Assembly (NCBI GenBank): GCA_047967505.1
Contig: CM106538.1
Strand: one strand, 5' to 3'
From: Dipteris shenzhenensis
Lineage: Eukaryota
DNA length: 64,000 bases
Part shown: positions 35,501 to 49,310 of the stretch, in pieces
Layout of the letters: each line of letters begins with the position of its first letter
How positions within the stretch are numbered: position 1 is the stretch's first letter
Notes under the pieces: model-generated
Databases searched by the model: none
Told to the model about the DNA's origin: nothing
The model's input: the letters and a program-made list of their open reading frames with translations, nothing else
Position numbers and translations under genes: made by a program

Positions 35501-37340
35501 TGTGTGTGTCTTTAAAAAATAAAAACCTATAAACAACATGGCATACGATGCTCAAAAAAAGGCGAAAAAAACTTTAACATTGACATATAGATTCTCATGA
35601 GTACAACTGGTAAAAAAGTGTTGAATCCATCTAGTAGTCTAGGTTCTAAGGTTGGGGTCCACTTACCTGCCACCATCCAAGAGAAACTAGTTGTCAGAAC
35701 AACATAAGTACTTCAAGTGGGTAGATAGGTAATGCATGTTAAGCCCAGCTTGTTATTGCTTTTACCAAAGAACAAAAACTACCCTATATATTCTAAAGTG
35801 ATAAAGTATGACTATGTAAAGATTATAAAAAAGGATGGTATCAATAATTGTGAAAACCTAACACATATCTTTTCATTAATTCATTCTAAACCTACCACAC
35901 TTTAAAGGGAAAGGGATAAGGAAACAGTTGCCAATGTCATCCCGAAAGGAAATAAGGTAACTTTAAAGTAAAACGTTAGGACCATATTGCATAGAGGTTG
36001 ATTAATAAGCTGTTAGTTCCACATACACACAAAAATTTACAAAAAGGTTAGATAGACAATAATTGGGAAACCAAGAAAATTTAAATGAAATGAAGACAAT
36101 TATTATAATTTAAGGAAGCTATAGAGTATTAAGTACAAAGATCATTAAGAAAAATTTAGAAAGGAAACCTTCAAGTAACATAGAGGAAAATAAAGGTTAG
36201 AATTATTTGGAAAAAGAAATAAATTGAATGAACACATGGTTTAATAAAGGAAATGTAAGCAATAAATTTTGATTAAGTACTTCTAAAGCTATAAACACTT
36301 ATTTAAGTAAACCAAAGGATTAATTATGAAAATAAATATATGTATTTATAAGAGTATGTAAGTGAGCCCTATATATATATATATATATAACTATGCATAT
36401 CAATATAAATACACGCATGTATATAACTATGCACGAGGAGCACCATCGCCGGGACGAGGCATGCAAGTGATAGATCACTGTCCAAAGGTATGGAGGTGAT
36501 CTATAGCAATGTAAGGAGAAGAAGCGATCTGAAGGCTGCAAAGGTGAGGGAGGAGTTGTCTGAGGCTCAGATAAGAGTACGTGATGGAGACCGTGATGAT
36601 AATCTAGAAGGAAGAAAGAAGAGACGATCGTAAACTGCTGGCAAATGCAGGGAGTAAAGAGGAACCAACATACCCAAGGAGAATACTGAGCACGAGCTGA
36701 GTTTGAAGGAATTGTGCAAACAGAGGCTTCCACTCTAGCACGTAATTAGTGAAGCCAAGAGAGAGCACAAGCAAAAGCTTGTGAATAGAGAAGCAAAAAG
36801 AGTCACATGGTCTATCATGCAAAAACACGTAGATCAGTTAGCCATAGAAGGGTTTAGAAGGGAGGCCAAGTCTGCCATGTACCCAGATCATTATAACTAG
36901 CTTCATTGTCAAAGGGAAACATCACAAGAGGTCATGAGGAAAGCAGCGCTAAGAGGCGCTGAGAAGAAGGCAAGATGAGGGTTGGTAAGCCATATCCCAA
37001 GACTTGAGTAATGGTAAAGCATGGAGCAGAGAAGGGTTGTGATCATAGAAAAGCACCTGCATGATGGTCGAGACAAACATGGAGACTAGAGGACTGGAGA
37101 AGCTACAGCAAGGGAAAAAGGTCCATAAGGGAACTATGACTACAAGGACTCAAGCTAGAAGGGAGTGCAGGGAGGAGAAGACCAGCAACGAAAGTGGAGA
37201 GGTGCACAAAGATCATGCAATCTGTAGTTCTACTAGGCAGAGTTAGAGCACCACTCCATAGATACGAGAACGAGTGGTTTCTTTCCATCAAATAAGAGAA
37301 CGACCTTATTAAAGTGTCATAAGTCACGCCACTGCCAACA
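35501..37340. mobile_element. ~1.8-kb repeat, copy 2; possible solo LTR
   Basis: TG...GCCAACA termini, flanks TTGGG/TTAGG (4/5 match), direct copy of 32257-34083. Confidence 0.6.
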
Positions 37341-38020
37341 TTAGGGGAGAATCGGGGTCTCAAAAGGGCCTCATAAGGAATGGATTAGGGAATGCTTATT
37401 GGGCTAATGCAAGGGTCTTGGAGGGTCCCAAAGAGGCCTAACCAGCCCAACCTAGGTGGGTTAAGCCCACATTTGAGCCCACCTCTCCCCCCATCAATGA
37501 GGGGAGGGGGCCACTTTTTGAAATTTGAATTTCAAATTTCGAATCTCCCTCCCTCCCCCTCTCTCTCTCTCTCCCTCCCGCCCTCTCTCTCCCTCCCTCC
37601 TCCTCCTCCCTCTCCCTCCCTCCCCCTCCCTCCTCCTCTCCCCTCCTCCGTCTTGCTCCTCCTCCTCCCTCTCCTCTCCCCCTCCTACTTCCGGCTCCTC
37701 CTCCTCCTTTTGGCTCCTCCTCCCTCCTTCCTCTCCCCTCCTTCTCCAACCGCCCAGGATCTCTCTCCTCTGCTCCTCCCTCCTGTAGAATCTCTCCTCT
37801 CCTCCTCCCTCTTGTAGCATCTCTCCCCTCCTCCTCCCTTCTACAGCAGCTCCTTCCCTCCCTTCTGCACCTGTCGCCCTACTCTTCTCCTCCTCTTCCT
37901 CTTGCCCTCATCTGCTTCTCGTCCTACCTCTTCCTTGCTACTCTCTCGCTCTCACTGCTCCATCTTTGCCAGCTCTCCCCTACATTTTAGCCTGCATCAC
38001 TGATACCTCTCTTTGAGTAC

Positions 38021-39360
38021 TCATGGCACCATTTGAGGACATATCCAACAAGTACCATGTGAAGCTACAACTGGAGGCAGAATATGCAAGCACATACTAA
38101 ACAAAATGTTCAGTAGCTCCTTCTCGTTTTGACGAGCAAAGTCTAGTTTCTTCCTTCGTACCAGTCTACGGTATTCACGTAGCATATCTGGTGCGCTCGA
38201 AAGACTATTTTTGGTTTCGAATCTGAGTTGATGGCATAAGGCCTTACACTCATCATCGTACCAACTATTACAGGGTACGGTTCCAGGGGATGGTGGGCGG
38301 GTGGAGCGGGTGGTGTGGGGAAAGGCGTGAATGGCAGCCTCGTGTAGTGAGCGGGTGACAAGGGCAGCACGATCCTCTAAAAGGGGTATGAAGTCAATAT
38401 AAGCGAGAAGTATGTATAGACGGCCAGAGTAAGAAGGTGAGTGATCCCGATCAAAGCCTATATCGTGGTAGGTGGAGTAAGCCCTGAGTGGGATGGAAGG
38501 TGGTGTGCGAAGGGAGGTGGAGATGTGAAAGAAAAGGTATGTGTGATCAGCCCCTGGGGGGAGAGGTGCTACAATGAAGTCAGTAATGCGAGATGTGAAG
38601 ACAGGGGATCCCATGATGTAATCAACAACACTGGAGCCCCCCCCATGTGGAAAGCATGTGAAACCACCTGAAGCGGGCCATCTGTCAAGACCATTATAGA
38701 TAATGAGATCATGTATTCTACCCAGGTCTAATAGGGCCTACCCATAGGATGAAAGTGGACCTCACCTGTCAGTCGAAACCCATAGCATACCTACCTCCTC
38801 AAGGTCAACATCTGCCAATAGAGTGGAATCATCTCTGAAATCAAGAAGTGGTACCTGACGGGTCCTTGTCCTCGCATTGAAGTCCCCCACTAGAAGGACT
38901 TCTCTGCAGCTAGAAAAGTCAACGATGGACTGATAAAGGGCGGCAAATGGGGATGTCTCATCATCACCTCGAATATCTCTGGCAAAGTGGGAGGTCTCCG
39001 AGGGGAAGTAGCAAACTACGACAAACAGATCCTGGCTATCCATGTGTCGTATTTGGATTCAAAGAAATCTGGAATGTGTGTCTCTCTGCTCTACTGAAAT
39101 GATCCCCTGAAGTGTGGATCTGAAAAGGACTGCAACTCCACCTAAACCTCTAACTCCTCCTGTACCCCTCGTCTCATCTCTGTAGGCAGACTCCCATGTA
39201 TATCCGCTGACTATTGGGAGAGGGCGCTCTGGACTCTCATGTGTCTCTGTATAGAAGACTATGTCGTGGCCTGTATAGGATTCCAAGAAGTTCCCTAGTT
39301 ATAACCATAAGGTACCATTATAGTTCCAAATGGTGCAGGACAGGGTCTCGGATATCTGAG
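38021..39360 (-). mobile_element. LINE ORF2 N-terminal fragment (APE endonuclease)
   Basis: DIVFYTETH..GGVAVL..VVCYFP..LLVGDFNART and downstream WYDDECK. Confidence 0.85.
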
Positions 39361-39430
39361 TCTCATAGGCCCTGCTTCCCTATGTAGGGGAGGGGGCAGG
39401 TGTCCTACGGGGTCCTGTAAGAAATGCGAT

Positions 39431-39670
39431 AGGCTTGATTTGCCTCATCCCCAAAGGGGGGGACCGTCAAGAGATCAGACAATGGTGCCCTATCACCCTC
39501 CTTCTGACTACCTATAAAATCCTCGCCAAGATGATCGGTAGCCGCATCCGACCCCTGCTACATGACTTGATCCACGACACCCAGACTAGTTTTGTCTAGG
39601 ATCGCAGCATTTTGGACAACATCTTCACGTTCTCAGAGGTGACGGAGTGGGCCCAGCATTTCAGTGAGTG
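39431..39670 (+). mobile_element. L1-type LINE RT fragment
   Basis: GLICLIPKGGDRQEIRQWCPITLL..YKILAK..QTSFV..RSILDNI. Confidence 0.85.
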
Positions 39671-40419
39671 GCGGAGGGGGCCGTCCTTCTAGAAATCTCC
39701 GCTAGAAGTCCTTCTATTCAGGTGTGAATGTAAGACTCCACTCATGAGAAGGATATGAAAGAACAACGTCAATAGATCCATGAGCTACCAAACCCAAAGC
39801 TGAAGGTGGCTTTTCATATTGTTGAAAAGGCATTAAGTATTTTGTTTTCTTGACTCTTGTAGGAGGTCTAACTGGAATTGAGACGGGCTCAAAATTCTCT
39901 TTTTCTTCTTCTTTGGACTTGTCACTAGACCCAGCACTATCTTTGCTAGACTCATAAAAATCAGATGGAGCTTTTCAAATGAGGTGGACTAGAGATCTTA
40001 ATAATTGTCCCAAAGGGCTTTTGGGGTTCTTTTGGAAAAAAATGGGGCTCTTCAAAAAGTCAGCACTTTGAAGCAAAGATCTTTTAGCAAGTAATGAAGT
40101 TCTTGTGTCCTCTTACCAGAAACATCCTTAGGAACTTTTGTGGACCTCTTGGTAGCCTTCAATTGAGAAGGAGAATCAAATGGAATTTCCTCGCTTTCTT
40201 CCATAGCCATTGCCTTAGATCTCTTCTTTGATTTTCAACCTTCATCCCCTCTGCATACATAGATATGTAAACAAGTATTAGTGCAAAAAAATTGATTAGT
40301 TTGGTAATTATGATTAAGCACAAAAAACTTACATTGAAATCAAATGAAATAGCACGATTAAAAGTAGGCACATATATGGTATAAAGTAAACTATTGATTT
40401 GGATGTGTAAGATCAATTT

Positions 40420-40890
40420 AAAGCTTTAATTATGTGTTTAACATGATTTAAAGTTGAAGGAGATGACCAACAACAAGAAGATGCTTTAACATGATGTTCA
40501 ACGTCAAGTTAAAGCTTCAATTTGATGTTTTACATTGGACCGAAACTTCGATTTAGTGAAGAACATCAAATTGAAGCTTGAACTTGATGTTTTACATCAG
40601 AGTGAAGCTTCAATTTGATGTTTTACATCAAAGATCAAATCAAATGTTCTACATCAACTTGAAGCTTAATCTTGATGTTAAACATCAAATTTGAGCTTCA
40701 TTTCTTTGTTTTACAGATAGTTCTCCGTGGTTTTTTAGAGAGCATTTGATTTGATCTTTGTAGTTGATGCAAAACATCAACTTGAAACTTTTTCCAATGT
40801 TTCACATGAAGTTGAGGCTTGAACTTGATGTTGAACATCGAATTGAAGCTTCAACTTGATGTTGAAATTGAACATCGAATTGAAGATTCT
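40420..40890. repeat. Array of ~30-bp self-complementary units; resumes at 47713-47900
   Basis: Units such as AACATCAA-attgaagcttgaac-TTGATGTT occur on both sides of the CACTA insertion. Confidence 0.8.
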
Positions 40891-41295
40891 ATATTTGTTA
40901 TCAACTCACTACTATACACAAACCCTATTGCGACACTTAAGTACCGATGTTTAGCATGTGCGGGCCGCTAATCGTCAATATTAGAAGTGGGGTTCATTAA
41001 GGGTCGCTATATAGCGACCCTTTTATATAGCGATGTTTACCTAAAGTCGCTACATAGCGACCCTTATCAGATTGGTAATGGTCGTTATATAGCGACACTG
41101 AGACAATTTCCTATAGCGACGTTTTATAGAGAGTTTTTTTTCCCATACCGACCTTAAAAAATAGTTTTTCCCAATGACAAATTTTTTTAAAATTTTCATA
41201 CATGTTTGATCCTTTGAGAGAATAAAAGTACAAGAGCATGTACATCGAGCCTTTGAAGCTCATATATTCATGTCCAAGTTTGAGATGAAAAAAAT

Positions 41296-43370
41296 TCAAT
41301 GAAGAGCATTTACATCAACAGCTTCATCGTAAGCCAAGTCTAATGCACCAAACAAGTCTATCTCTAAGTCTATACCGAGTTGATCTCCTATATCATCATC
41401 GTACTCTAGCATCGTACGTTCACGTAAGAGTACTTGGTCATCTTCTTCAATAAAGTGTGGTGATTCTTGATGATCGTCATCTTCTTCCTCAATATCGTGA
41501 TCTCCATCTTCCTCCCATACGATGTGATTATGCACATCTTCCTCTTGGCTCATGTTGTGATCTTCATCTTGTTCGCTAGATCCATCTAGATCAATTGGAT
41601 CCGGAATTGGTAGTGGCATCTCCATATCCACATCTCTATCTTTAAAAATTTGCTTACTTCATGGTGCAACTTGGATCACATACCACCATCTTGAATCAAA
41701 ATGATTCGGATGAAAAACCACCTATATTGAAGATGGGTGCCAAATGCCATCAATTATATATATGAAATTATGCTTAAGTACATGTATCAATGGATCTTTA
41801 AAAACAAAAGCTTTAATTAATGAAATCATTAGTATGTACCTACTCACAATGCTTAGGAAGAACAAAAGTCTCACTTTCATTGGTCCAAAGTTTGGTGGAG
41901 TCTATTGCAAAGAAACCACTACTGTCTTTTCTCACTATCGCATGGGGACCATTGTAAATAGTTCTGAAGCATTTTACATCAAGAATAAAAATACTAAATC
42001 GTTTAAAATCAACTTCATAGATTTTGCGTATGGTTCCACAATAATCCAACTGTGAGGAGAGAAGATTGGTATCCGAAGCACTTGCTCGGCTATCTTGTGT
42101 GAAGTTATTAGCCATGACTCCATAATCATACGTGACTCTTTGAATCGATGCGTTCCACGTGAAAATGTCATCCATACGACCATAATGCACTGTACTTTTT
42201 GTACTATAAAAGATCATCATTAAAACAATGAAGATGCATCTATTTTATAGCGTATATTGCCACAAATAATTACTTAATTATGTCAAGAGATAAGAAACTT
42301 ACATGCATCATACATCCAAATGATAACTCTCACTCGCGCTCGTTTATTGTCTCTCCATCGCATTCGGCTTTATGTAGAGCCAGTTGTAGCCAATCAAGTG
42401 ACATGTGAGTGGGGAGAAGGGCGAGATCCTGTGGATATGGTTGCGATCGCCTATACATTACTCTGAATCTCGTCCTTGCATTTATTCTTTCTGCTTTGGC
42501 CACTTCATATCTCTCAATCCACTTCTGCATCTCCTTGCTATTGAGGATATAAAACTTATTGAATTTCTCCATTTACTCTTTGCTCATCTTTCTTTCAATC
42601 CCTTTTCCTTGGGGAACCTCGCCAACAATGCGATCATCATCATTGTTATGCCAAGCTTGCGGCATATCGGGATCTGTGGATGCAAAAACTCTGTGATATA
42701 TACTAATGACTCTTGCACAAGCCATCCCTCTACCATGTTCGAGGGAAAGTGCTTCTCAAGCAAGCATACGACTTCGATGGATTCCACCCTAGCCTTCTCG
42801 ATGCTTGATATGGAGATCTCTTTTTGAGATATCCACCTATTTCACATGCCCATGTAAGATATATTCATAATCAGTCTATAGATTATTCAACTTAAATTGA
42901 AGAAAATGCAATCAATGCGATTTGATAGTAAGCATACCTCACAATACCACTAATCTTGAATATAGCATTTATAACATCTTCTTGTATGCACCCTTTTATT
43001 TTAATTAGGAGGATGAACTATCAAAGCAACAAAGAAGTCATGTCAACAATATAACATAATCATAATTACACTAACGCATCATGATTATCGGTACACTAAC
43101 CTTACAACTTAGAATACATGTAGGACCTTGTGCCAATCATGGGACTTGAGCCCACTAAGCTTATTGTCCTTTGAAAATGCTCCTTTCAAGCAAGACATGT
43201 ACCCTATGGGTGTTTGAAAAGAGGCAATGTCCGCCTTAACTGCTGCCTCCTCTCTTGTAGAGAGGATCCATGTTGCTTTCGGGAGGATAACTTTTCCTAA
43301 AGCACACACTTGGGGCCAAAAACGAGACATCCTATTCACAACATGAGCTGCAAGGAAATCTATTAAGATC
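41296..43370 (-). pseudogene. 3' part of a CACTA TnpD-like transposase with introns
   Basis: LSGLKSHDWHKVL, VVCLLEKHFP, YCGTIRKIYEVDF..FVLPKHCE and an acidic tail. Confidence 0.85.
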
Positions 43371-44354
43371 CAAAAAATAGCCACCCATGAGCTCTTTTTC
43401 TCTCTTCTCACAATAAGTGCCCCGAACCATCGGTATATAGTGATGCTTTGCTCTGTTCCATCGCTATATAGCGACACTTTGCTCTGTTCCGTCGCTATAT
43501 AGTCACGCTTATATCCAAAAAGCATCGCTATATAGCAACGGAACAAAGCAAAGCATCGCTATATAGCAATGGTTCAGGACACTAATTGTGAGAAGAGAGA
43601 AAAGGAGCTCATGGGTGGCTATTTTTTAGCGTCGCTATATAGCGACGCTGGGGGCTTAAACCAGAAACCCCGCACGATGCTTTCTTTAGCATCTCTATTG
43701 TGAGAAAAGCAAAAATCTGTCCTTCCACCTTATATTTGATGACCTCGCTTTCCTCCTCTCTATTCTCCACTCCTCACCCCTACCCAACCCCTCTCCTAAC
43801 ACTTGTGCTCCCTCTCCACCCTTCTCCCTCTTTGCTTGTGTGAAAAGAAGTTTTTCAAGAAAGTGAGTCTCTTTAAGCAATGTAGGTTTGTTTTTTGTGA
43901 GATTTCATTTTGTAAGTGTTGAAGCATGTTTCTCCTTGTATTGCTAAGGCTATGTGCTAGTTTTCATGCTTGATTTTCAGAGGTTAAGAACAAAAAATGA
44001 GATTTTGTTAAAGAAAGAAGACTCACCTCTTCTCTTTTTGGTATTTCTCTTCCTCCTCTTTCTCCTTGTTTGTAGGCTTATGCTTTCTCCTTGTTTGTAG
44101 GCTTATGCTTGTCTCCTCAATCCAATCCCTTTGAGAAGTTGCTTCTCTAAACTCCTCCTTCCTCTAACTAGTTATTTGAAAAATGGTATGTTTCCTCTCT
44201 TTTGTAGGGCCAGTCCACAAAACACCGAGCAGGACTATTTCAGGTAAGAAAGTGCTTCCTCTTTTTTTCTTTTGTTATTTTTGTTATTTGCATCGACGTG
44301 CAGCTAGCGCCTTAAGCAGCTAAGGTGCTAGCTGCAATGATGGGCGTAGGAACC

Positions 44355-45470
44355 TTCTCTTCCCCTCTGTTCCCCTATTCCCTCTTCTTTTCCTCTCTTC
44401 CCCTCTTCCTTCTCTTCTTTTTCCCTCTTCTTTTTTCCCTCTTTCAATCTCTTTTTCCCTCTTCTTTTTCCCCGTCTTTCAATCTCTTTTCCCCTCTTCT
44501 TTTTTTCCCTCTTTCAATCTCTTTTTCTCTCCTTTCCTTCTCTTCTTTTTCCCCTCTTTCAATCTCTTTTCCCCTCTTCCTTCTCTTATGTTTATGCTCT
44601 TTTCCCCTCTTCTTTTTCCCCTCTTTCATCCCCTGTTTCAATCTCTTTTCCCCTCTTCCAATCTCTTTTCCCCTCTTTGCCTATGCTTATTCTCCTTTCC
44701 TTTTCTTTTTCCCCTCTTTCAATCTCTTTTCCCCTCTTCCTTCTCTTATGTTTATGCTCTTTTCCCCTCTTCTTTTTCCCCTCTTTCAATCTCTTTTTCC
44801 CTCTTCCAATCTTTTTTCCCCTCTTTGCCTATGCTTATGCTTATGCATGAGCATATGCTCATATGCTCATGCATAAGCACAAGCTTATGCTTTCTCTCTT
44901 TTTCTTTTATGCTCATATGCTCATGCATAATTATAAGCATATGCTTTATTTCCTTTTCTCTTATGCTTATGCTCTTTTTTCCTCTTCCTTCTCTTATGCT
45001 TATGCTTATGCATGAGCATATGTCTCCTTCTACTTCTCCTTCTCCTTCTCCTTCTCCTTCTCCTCTTTTCATCTTTTCCTCTCTCTTTCCCTCCCTATTT
45101 CCCCTCTTTCAATCTTTTTTCATAAGCATATGTATTTGCCTATGCTTAAGCTTTCTCTCTTTTTCTTTTATGCTCATATGCTCATGCATATGCTTTCTTT
45201 CCTTATCTCTTATGCTTATGCTCTTTTTCCCTCTTCCTTCTCTTATGCTTATGCTTATGCATGAGCATATGTCTCCTCCTTCTCCTTCTCCTTCTCTTAT
45301 GCTTATGCATGTCCTTCTCCTTCTCCTTCTCCTTCTCCTTTCCTTCTCTTCTTTTCCCTCTTTTTTTCTCTTCTTTTCATAAGCATATGCCTATGCCTAT
45401 GCTTATGCTTATGCTTATGCATGAGCATATGCTCATATGCTTATGCATAAGCATAAGCATATGCTTTCTC
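44355..45470. repeat. C/T-rich and (cttatg)n low-complexity repeats inside the CACTA element
   Basis: Repeated ttcccctctttcaatctcttt and gcttatgcttatgcatgagcatat blocks. Confidence 0.9.
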
Positions 45471-45564
45471 AATGTATTCTCTTTGCTTTGTCAATGTATT
45501 CTCATATGCTTTCTCAATGTATTCTATTGTTTTTTTTTTTTTCATGTTTGTGTCTACGTTAGAC

Positions 45565-47200
45565 ATGGGATCACGTCACACGTCCGACGAGTACGAAAAC
45601 CCTCGTAGGAGGAGACATCATGATCTCTATTCTCCAGAGGACTTTGATTTCCCTCAGGCAACAACTCAGGGGCCTACTCCTGCGACTACCTCTGGCTTGA
45701 CTCCTCTCGGACGTAGCACTGCGACTACCCCTCGGGGAACTCCTTTGCTAGTAGCCCATGGCTTTTTTTAGAGTCCCGATGAGTTTGTGGCACAGATGAC
45801 CGATGAGGAGGTAGCGAGATTCTTCTCTCTGCTGTCCCAGAGGACCTCAGCAATTCCCTCTCCTACACCAATGGCTAGACCTACTGCCCAACCGTCCCCT
45901 CTAGCCCCTTCAACTAAGGGGTCATCACCTAGGCGTGCCCATCATAAGGGAAGGAAGAGTAGGAGGGGTCGCTTATGTTGTGCTAACTTGGGAGATGTAG
46001 ACGAGTCAGCACACTCACATCCCTACAAGTCTCCACTTGATCCCGAGACCTAGTACCACAGTCAGGTCCCTTGCCCTCTCCTACTCCCACTGCTACTCCT
46101 CGCTTTGGAAGCACTCGCACAAACACCACTTGCTTTGACTTTGCCACTACCATGAGTCCTCCTTACCCGGTCGAGGACGTGTCCTATCAAATCATGACTG
46201 CTGGAGAGATAATAGAAGATAAAAAGGGTGCAACAGTGGAGGAGGAGAAGGGGGAGACATGTGGTAGGAGGGAGGAGGAGGCATGTGGGAGGAGGGATGG
46301 TTGATGGCCACCATGAGGTGGTTGATGAGCCACCACTTCAGGAGCGGCATAGCTACTAATTGGCGGTATCAAGATGACCAAAAGAAGCAGGCGGCCATGA
46401 TGAATTGAAAGCAAAATACCCTAACCCCCCAAATTGGGAGTTCAATGAGAATTACATGCGAGAGCACATGGGTTTGGTCTTGAAGCATTATAGCATAGTA
46501 GATCAACCTTGCATACTTCCATTGCAAAGGGGAGGCTAAACCCAGCTAAGCAGATAAAGCTAATTGGAAGTTTTTCAAGAAGCAGAACAGGGACCATCCC
46601 AAAATGTTCGAGGGTCTGAGGAGGGCTGTGAGGAGATGGCTGGACGCTGTAGGTACTTTGCACTTTGGTGCAGGTGGACGGTTGGCGTTCGAGACAATCG
46701 TGGTAAGTCTACTTCTTCTCATTTAATGTATTGTTCTATTTGTTTTACTACATATTGCATGCACTTTATCTAACTCTCGTGAATTGGATCCACAGCAAGC
46801 TATGATGGGTCGCCTTCCTACATACGTAGAGATGAGGCACGCATATTGCGTAGCAACAAAGCCATGGTTTATTGAGCAGGAGGCAATGGGAGCGATGGTC
46901 AATTGGACTGAGGTGGCTGCTTGTACGGCTGCTTGTACGGTATAAGTCTACTCCTACTTGTAATCTCACTTTTTAAACTGTTTTATTCTTTAAGTTCCAA
47001 TCTAATTTCCAATTAATATGGTTTCACTCTTAGAATCAAAGCTCGAGCGTCCCATCAACAGAGGTGAGCTGTGACGAGGGCCAGGGATCAGGTGTAGCTC
47101 ACAAGGTCCAAGGATCAGGCATAGCGCACGAGGGCCAAGGATCGGGCCAAGGATTTCAAGCCAGCAAGACGACGACGATGATGATTCGAATGAGCAGTAG
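45565..47200 (+). pseudogene. Degenerate second gene of the CACTA element (TnpA-like position)
   Basis: Pro/Ser/Thr-rich and charged ORF pieces with GT-AG introns between the low-complexity block and the right subterminal repeats; no recognisable domain. Confidence 0.4.
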
Positions 47201-47989
47201 TAGTAGTAGTAGTAGTTTGCATATACTTCACCATGTATATCCTTTTGTATATCGGCTCATTTGAGCGATTTTGTATCACCCTTTTCAGAAGGGTAATTTT
47301 GTAACAAACAATGTTGTATATCTTCGACATGTATATGCTTATGTCACTCGATCGGTTCATTTGAGCGATTTTGTATCACCCTTTCCACAAGGAAAATTTT
47401 GTAATAAAAATTTTTTTTTGTAATTACTTAAAAAAAACATTAGTGGGGCAAAACAAGGCTTGTTGTGGCCTTGTTTAGCCCCACTAATGTTTTTTTTTTA
47501 AGTTCTGTTAATCATTACTATATAGTGACATTTACCAATGTCGCTATATAGTGACGTTTGATAGCATCGCTATATAGTGATGCGTATATAGTGATCGTTT
47601 TTTTTAAACGCTTATAGTGATGTAAATAACGACCTTTGCACCTGTCAAAAAAAAAATAATGTAAAAAATGTCGGTATGTTCGTCGAAAAAGAGCCTATGC
47701 CTTGTAGTGACTTGAGGGTTTAATTTGATGTTTTACTTCAAGCCAAAGGTTTAAATAGGTGCAAAACATCAAATTAAACCCTCAAGTTGATGCAAAACAT
47801 CAAGTTAAATGTTCAAGTTGATGTTATACATGAATTCAAATCCTAGACTTGATGCAAAACATCAAATGTGATGTCTGACATCAAGTTCAAGAATGAACTT
47901 AATATTTAATTGCAATACTTATTTTAATACATGAATTTTAAAGAAATATTACCTATGTGCCATGCTAGCATCTCCTTATCACCCTCTAT

Positions 47990-49310
47990 CACATGTTATC
48001 AATCACTTGGCTTATCTTTCAAGTCTTTGGTTCAAGATGGCACAAATATGGAGCTACTTGTTGTACCAAATGAGTGTCAAGGACCCTTTTCATTGCAATT
48101 CCATAGGCGAAAGAGATCCTTTGGCAAGGGTTGCAAAGATCTTCTCACTTCAGATAGTCAAATTTGAATGGCCAAACAAAGTGGATGCTGTAGTAAAAAT
48201 TGTTTGATGAAGATTGGACCAAAAAGTTTGAAGTCTATGAGAATGTTTTATTTAGACTTGAGTAATGAGAAGCAGGATACATTTCTTTCTAGTCAACTTA
48301 TTCCATTGCTACATGATAAATTTGAATACAGTCTATGGAGTAATTTGGTGTGTCGCATTGCTTTCAAAGTGGCTTTGAGTTTAGGAAATGGATGTCTAGA
48401 GAGAATCAAAAGCAGAACAAACAAATGGGGGAAATATTTTAACCTTGATGCTACGAGACAAGTTGGTTCTATTGGGCAACATGCAATCACATGGATGGAA
48501 CAGTATTTCAGACCACATGCAGAGGTGATGCCAACTATAGGTAGGCTCCATCTTTCAGACAATTTCACAAGGTCATAGTTATTTTCACTTTACAAGGAGG
48601 ACATGTAGAGCACACAAGAAAAGCACATAAGCTACTCTTACTTCACGTCGAGACTATGGAAGAGTCATTTCAATAATGTTTCCATTCCTAGAAAGGTAAG
48701 AATTGTGCTGATTTGAAGAGCTGAAGAAAGAATGCTAGAGACCCATCAGAACTTGCAATGATTAAGGTTGCTCTCAAAATGCATAGAGAGGAGCAAGTAG
48801 ATGAGAGAAGGAAGGCAATGGATCATAGGAAAAAGTGCTTTGCATCTCTAGAAAAGTACATTGGGCTAATTATTAATGGGATGGACTAAAAGAAGTCAGA
48901 CTTACCTCATTTCTCTAGGTTGCGAAAGGATATCACTGAGGATACTCTAGTGCAAATGCATATGGTTGGGTGCCTTGTTTACAATGGTCATTTGCATCCT
49001 AAAGTATTTCTCACTTATCCAAATGTGCACAATGATCTGAATTTAACAATTTCAATCATTCATTTGGTGATATCCTCATGGGAAGGTGCATTGCCAAAGG
49101 TACTTTATCTTCAACTTGACAATACCGCTCGAGAGAATAAGAATCAAATTGTTATTGCATACTTGACTAGTATGTTGGTCTATCTAGGAGTTTTTCGCAA
49201 AGTCAAGGTAAACTTTCTACTTGTGGGGCACACACATGATCATATTGACCAAATGTTTAGTGCATTTTCAAAGATTGCCAATGCATCTCAAAGAGACTCT
49301 TGATTTCAAG
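47990..49310 (+). pseudogene. Sola-like DDD transposase relic
   Basis: Cys cluster GCCSKNC..VCRIAF, then INGMD, LYLQLDNTARENKN and FLLVGHTHDHIDQMFS. Confidence 0.75.

Larger units (their letters stand above)
40907..47709. mobile_element. CACTA (En/Spm) element, 6803 bp, defective
   Basis: CACTAC...GTAGTG ends, 3-bp TSD ACT (40904-40906 and 47710-47712), and subterminal GTCGCTATATAGCGAC palindromes at both ends. Confidence 0.92.

Noticed and set aside
37392-38010. Pro/Leu-rich or Glu/Arg-rich ORFs
   Set aside because: CT-rich low complexity with no recognisable domain.
40420-40890. CRISPR-like palindromic repeats
   Set aside because: Degenerate head-to-tail units with no spacers.
44325-45608. 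Phe/Leu-rich membrane-protein-like ORFs
   Set aside because: Low-complexity pyrimidine repeats within the CACTA element.
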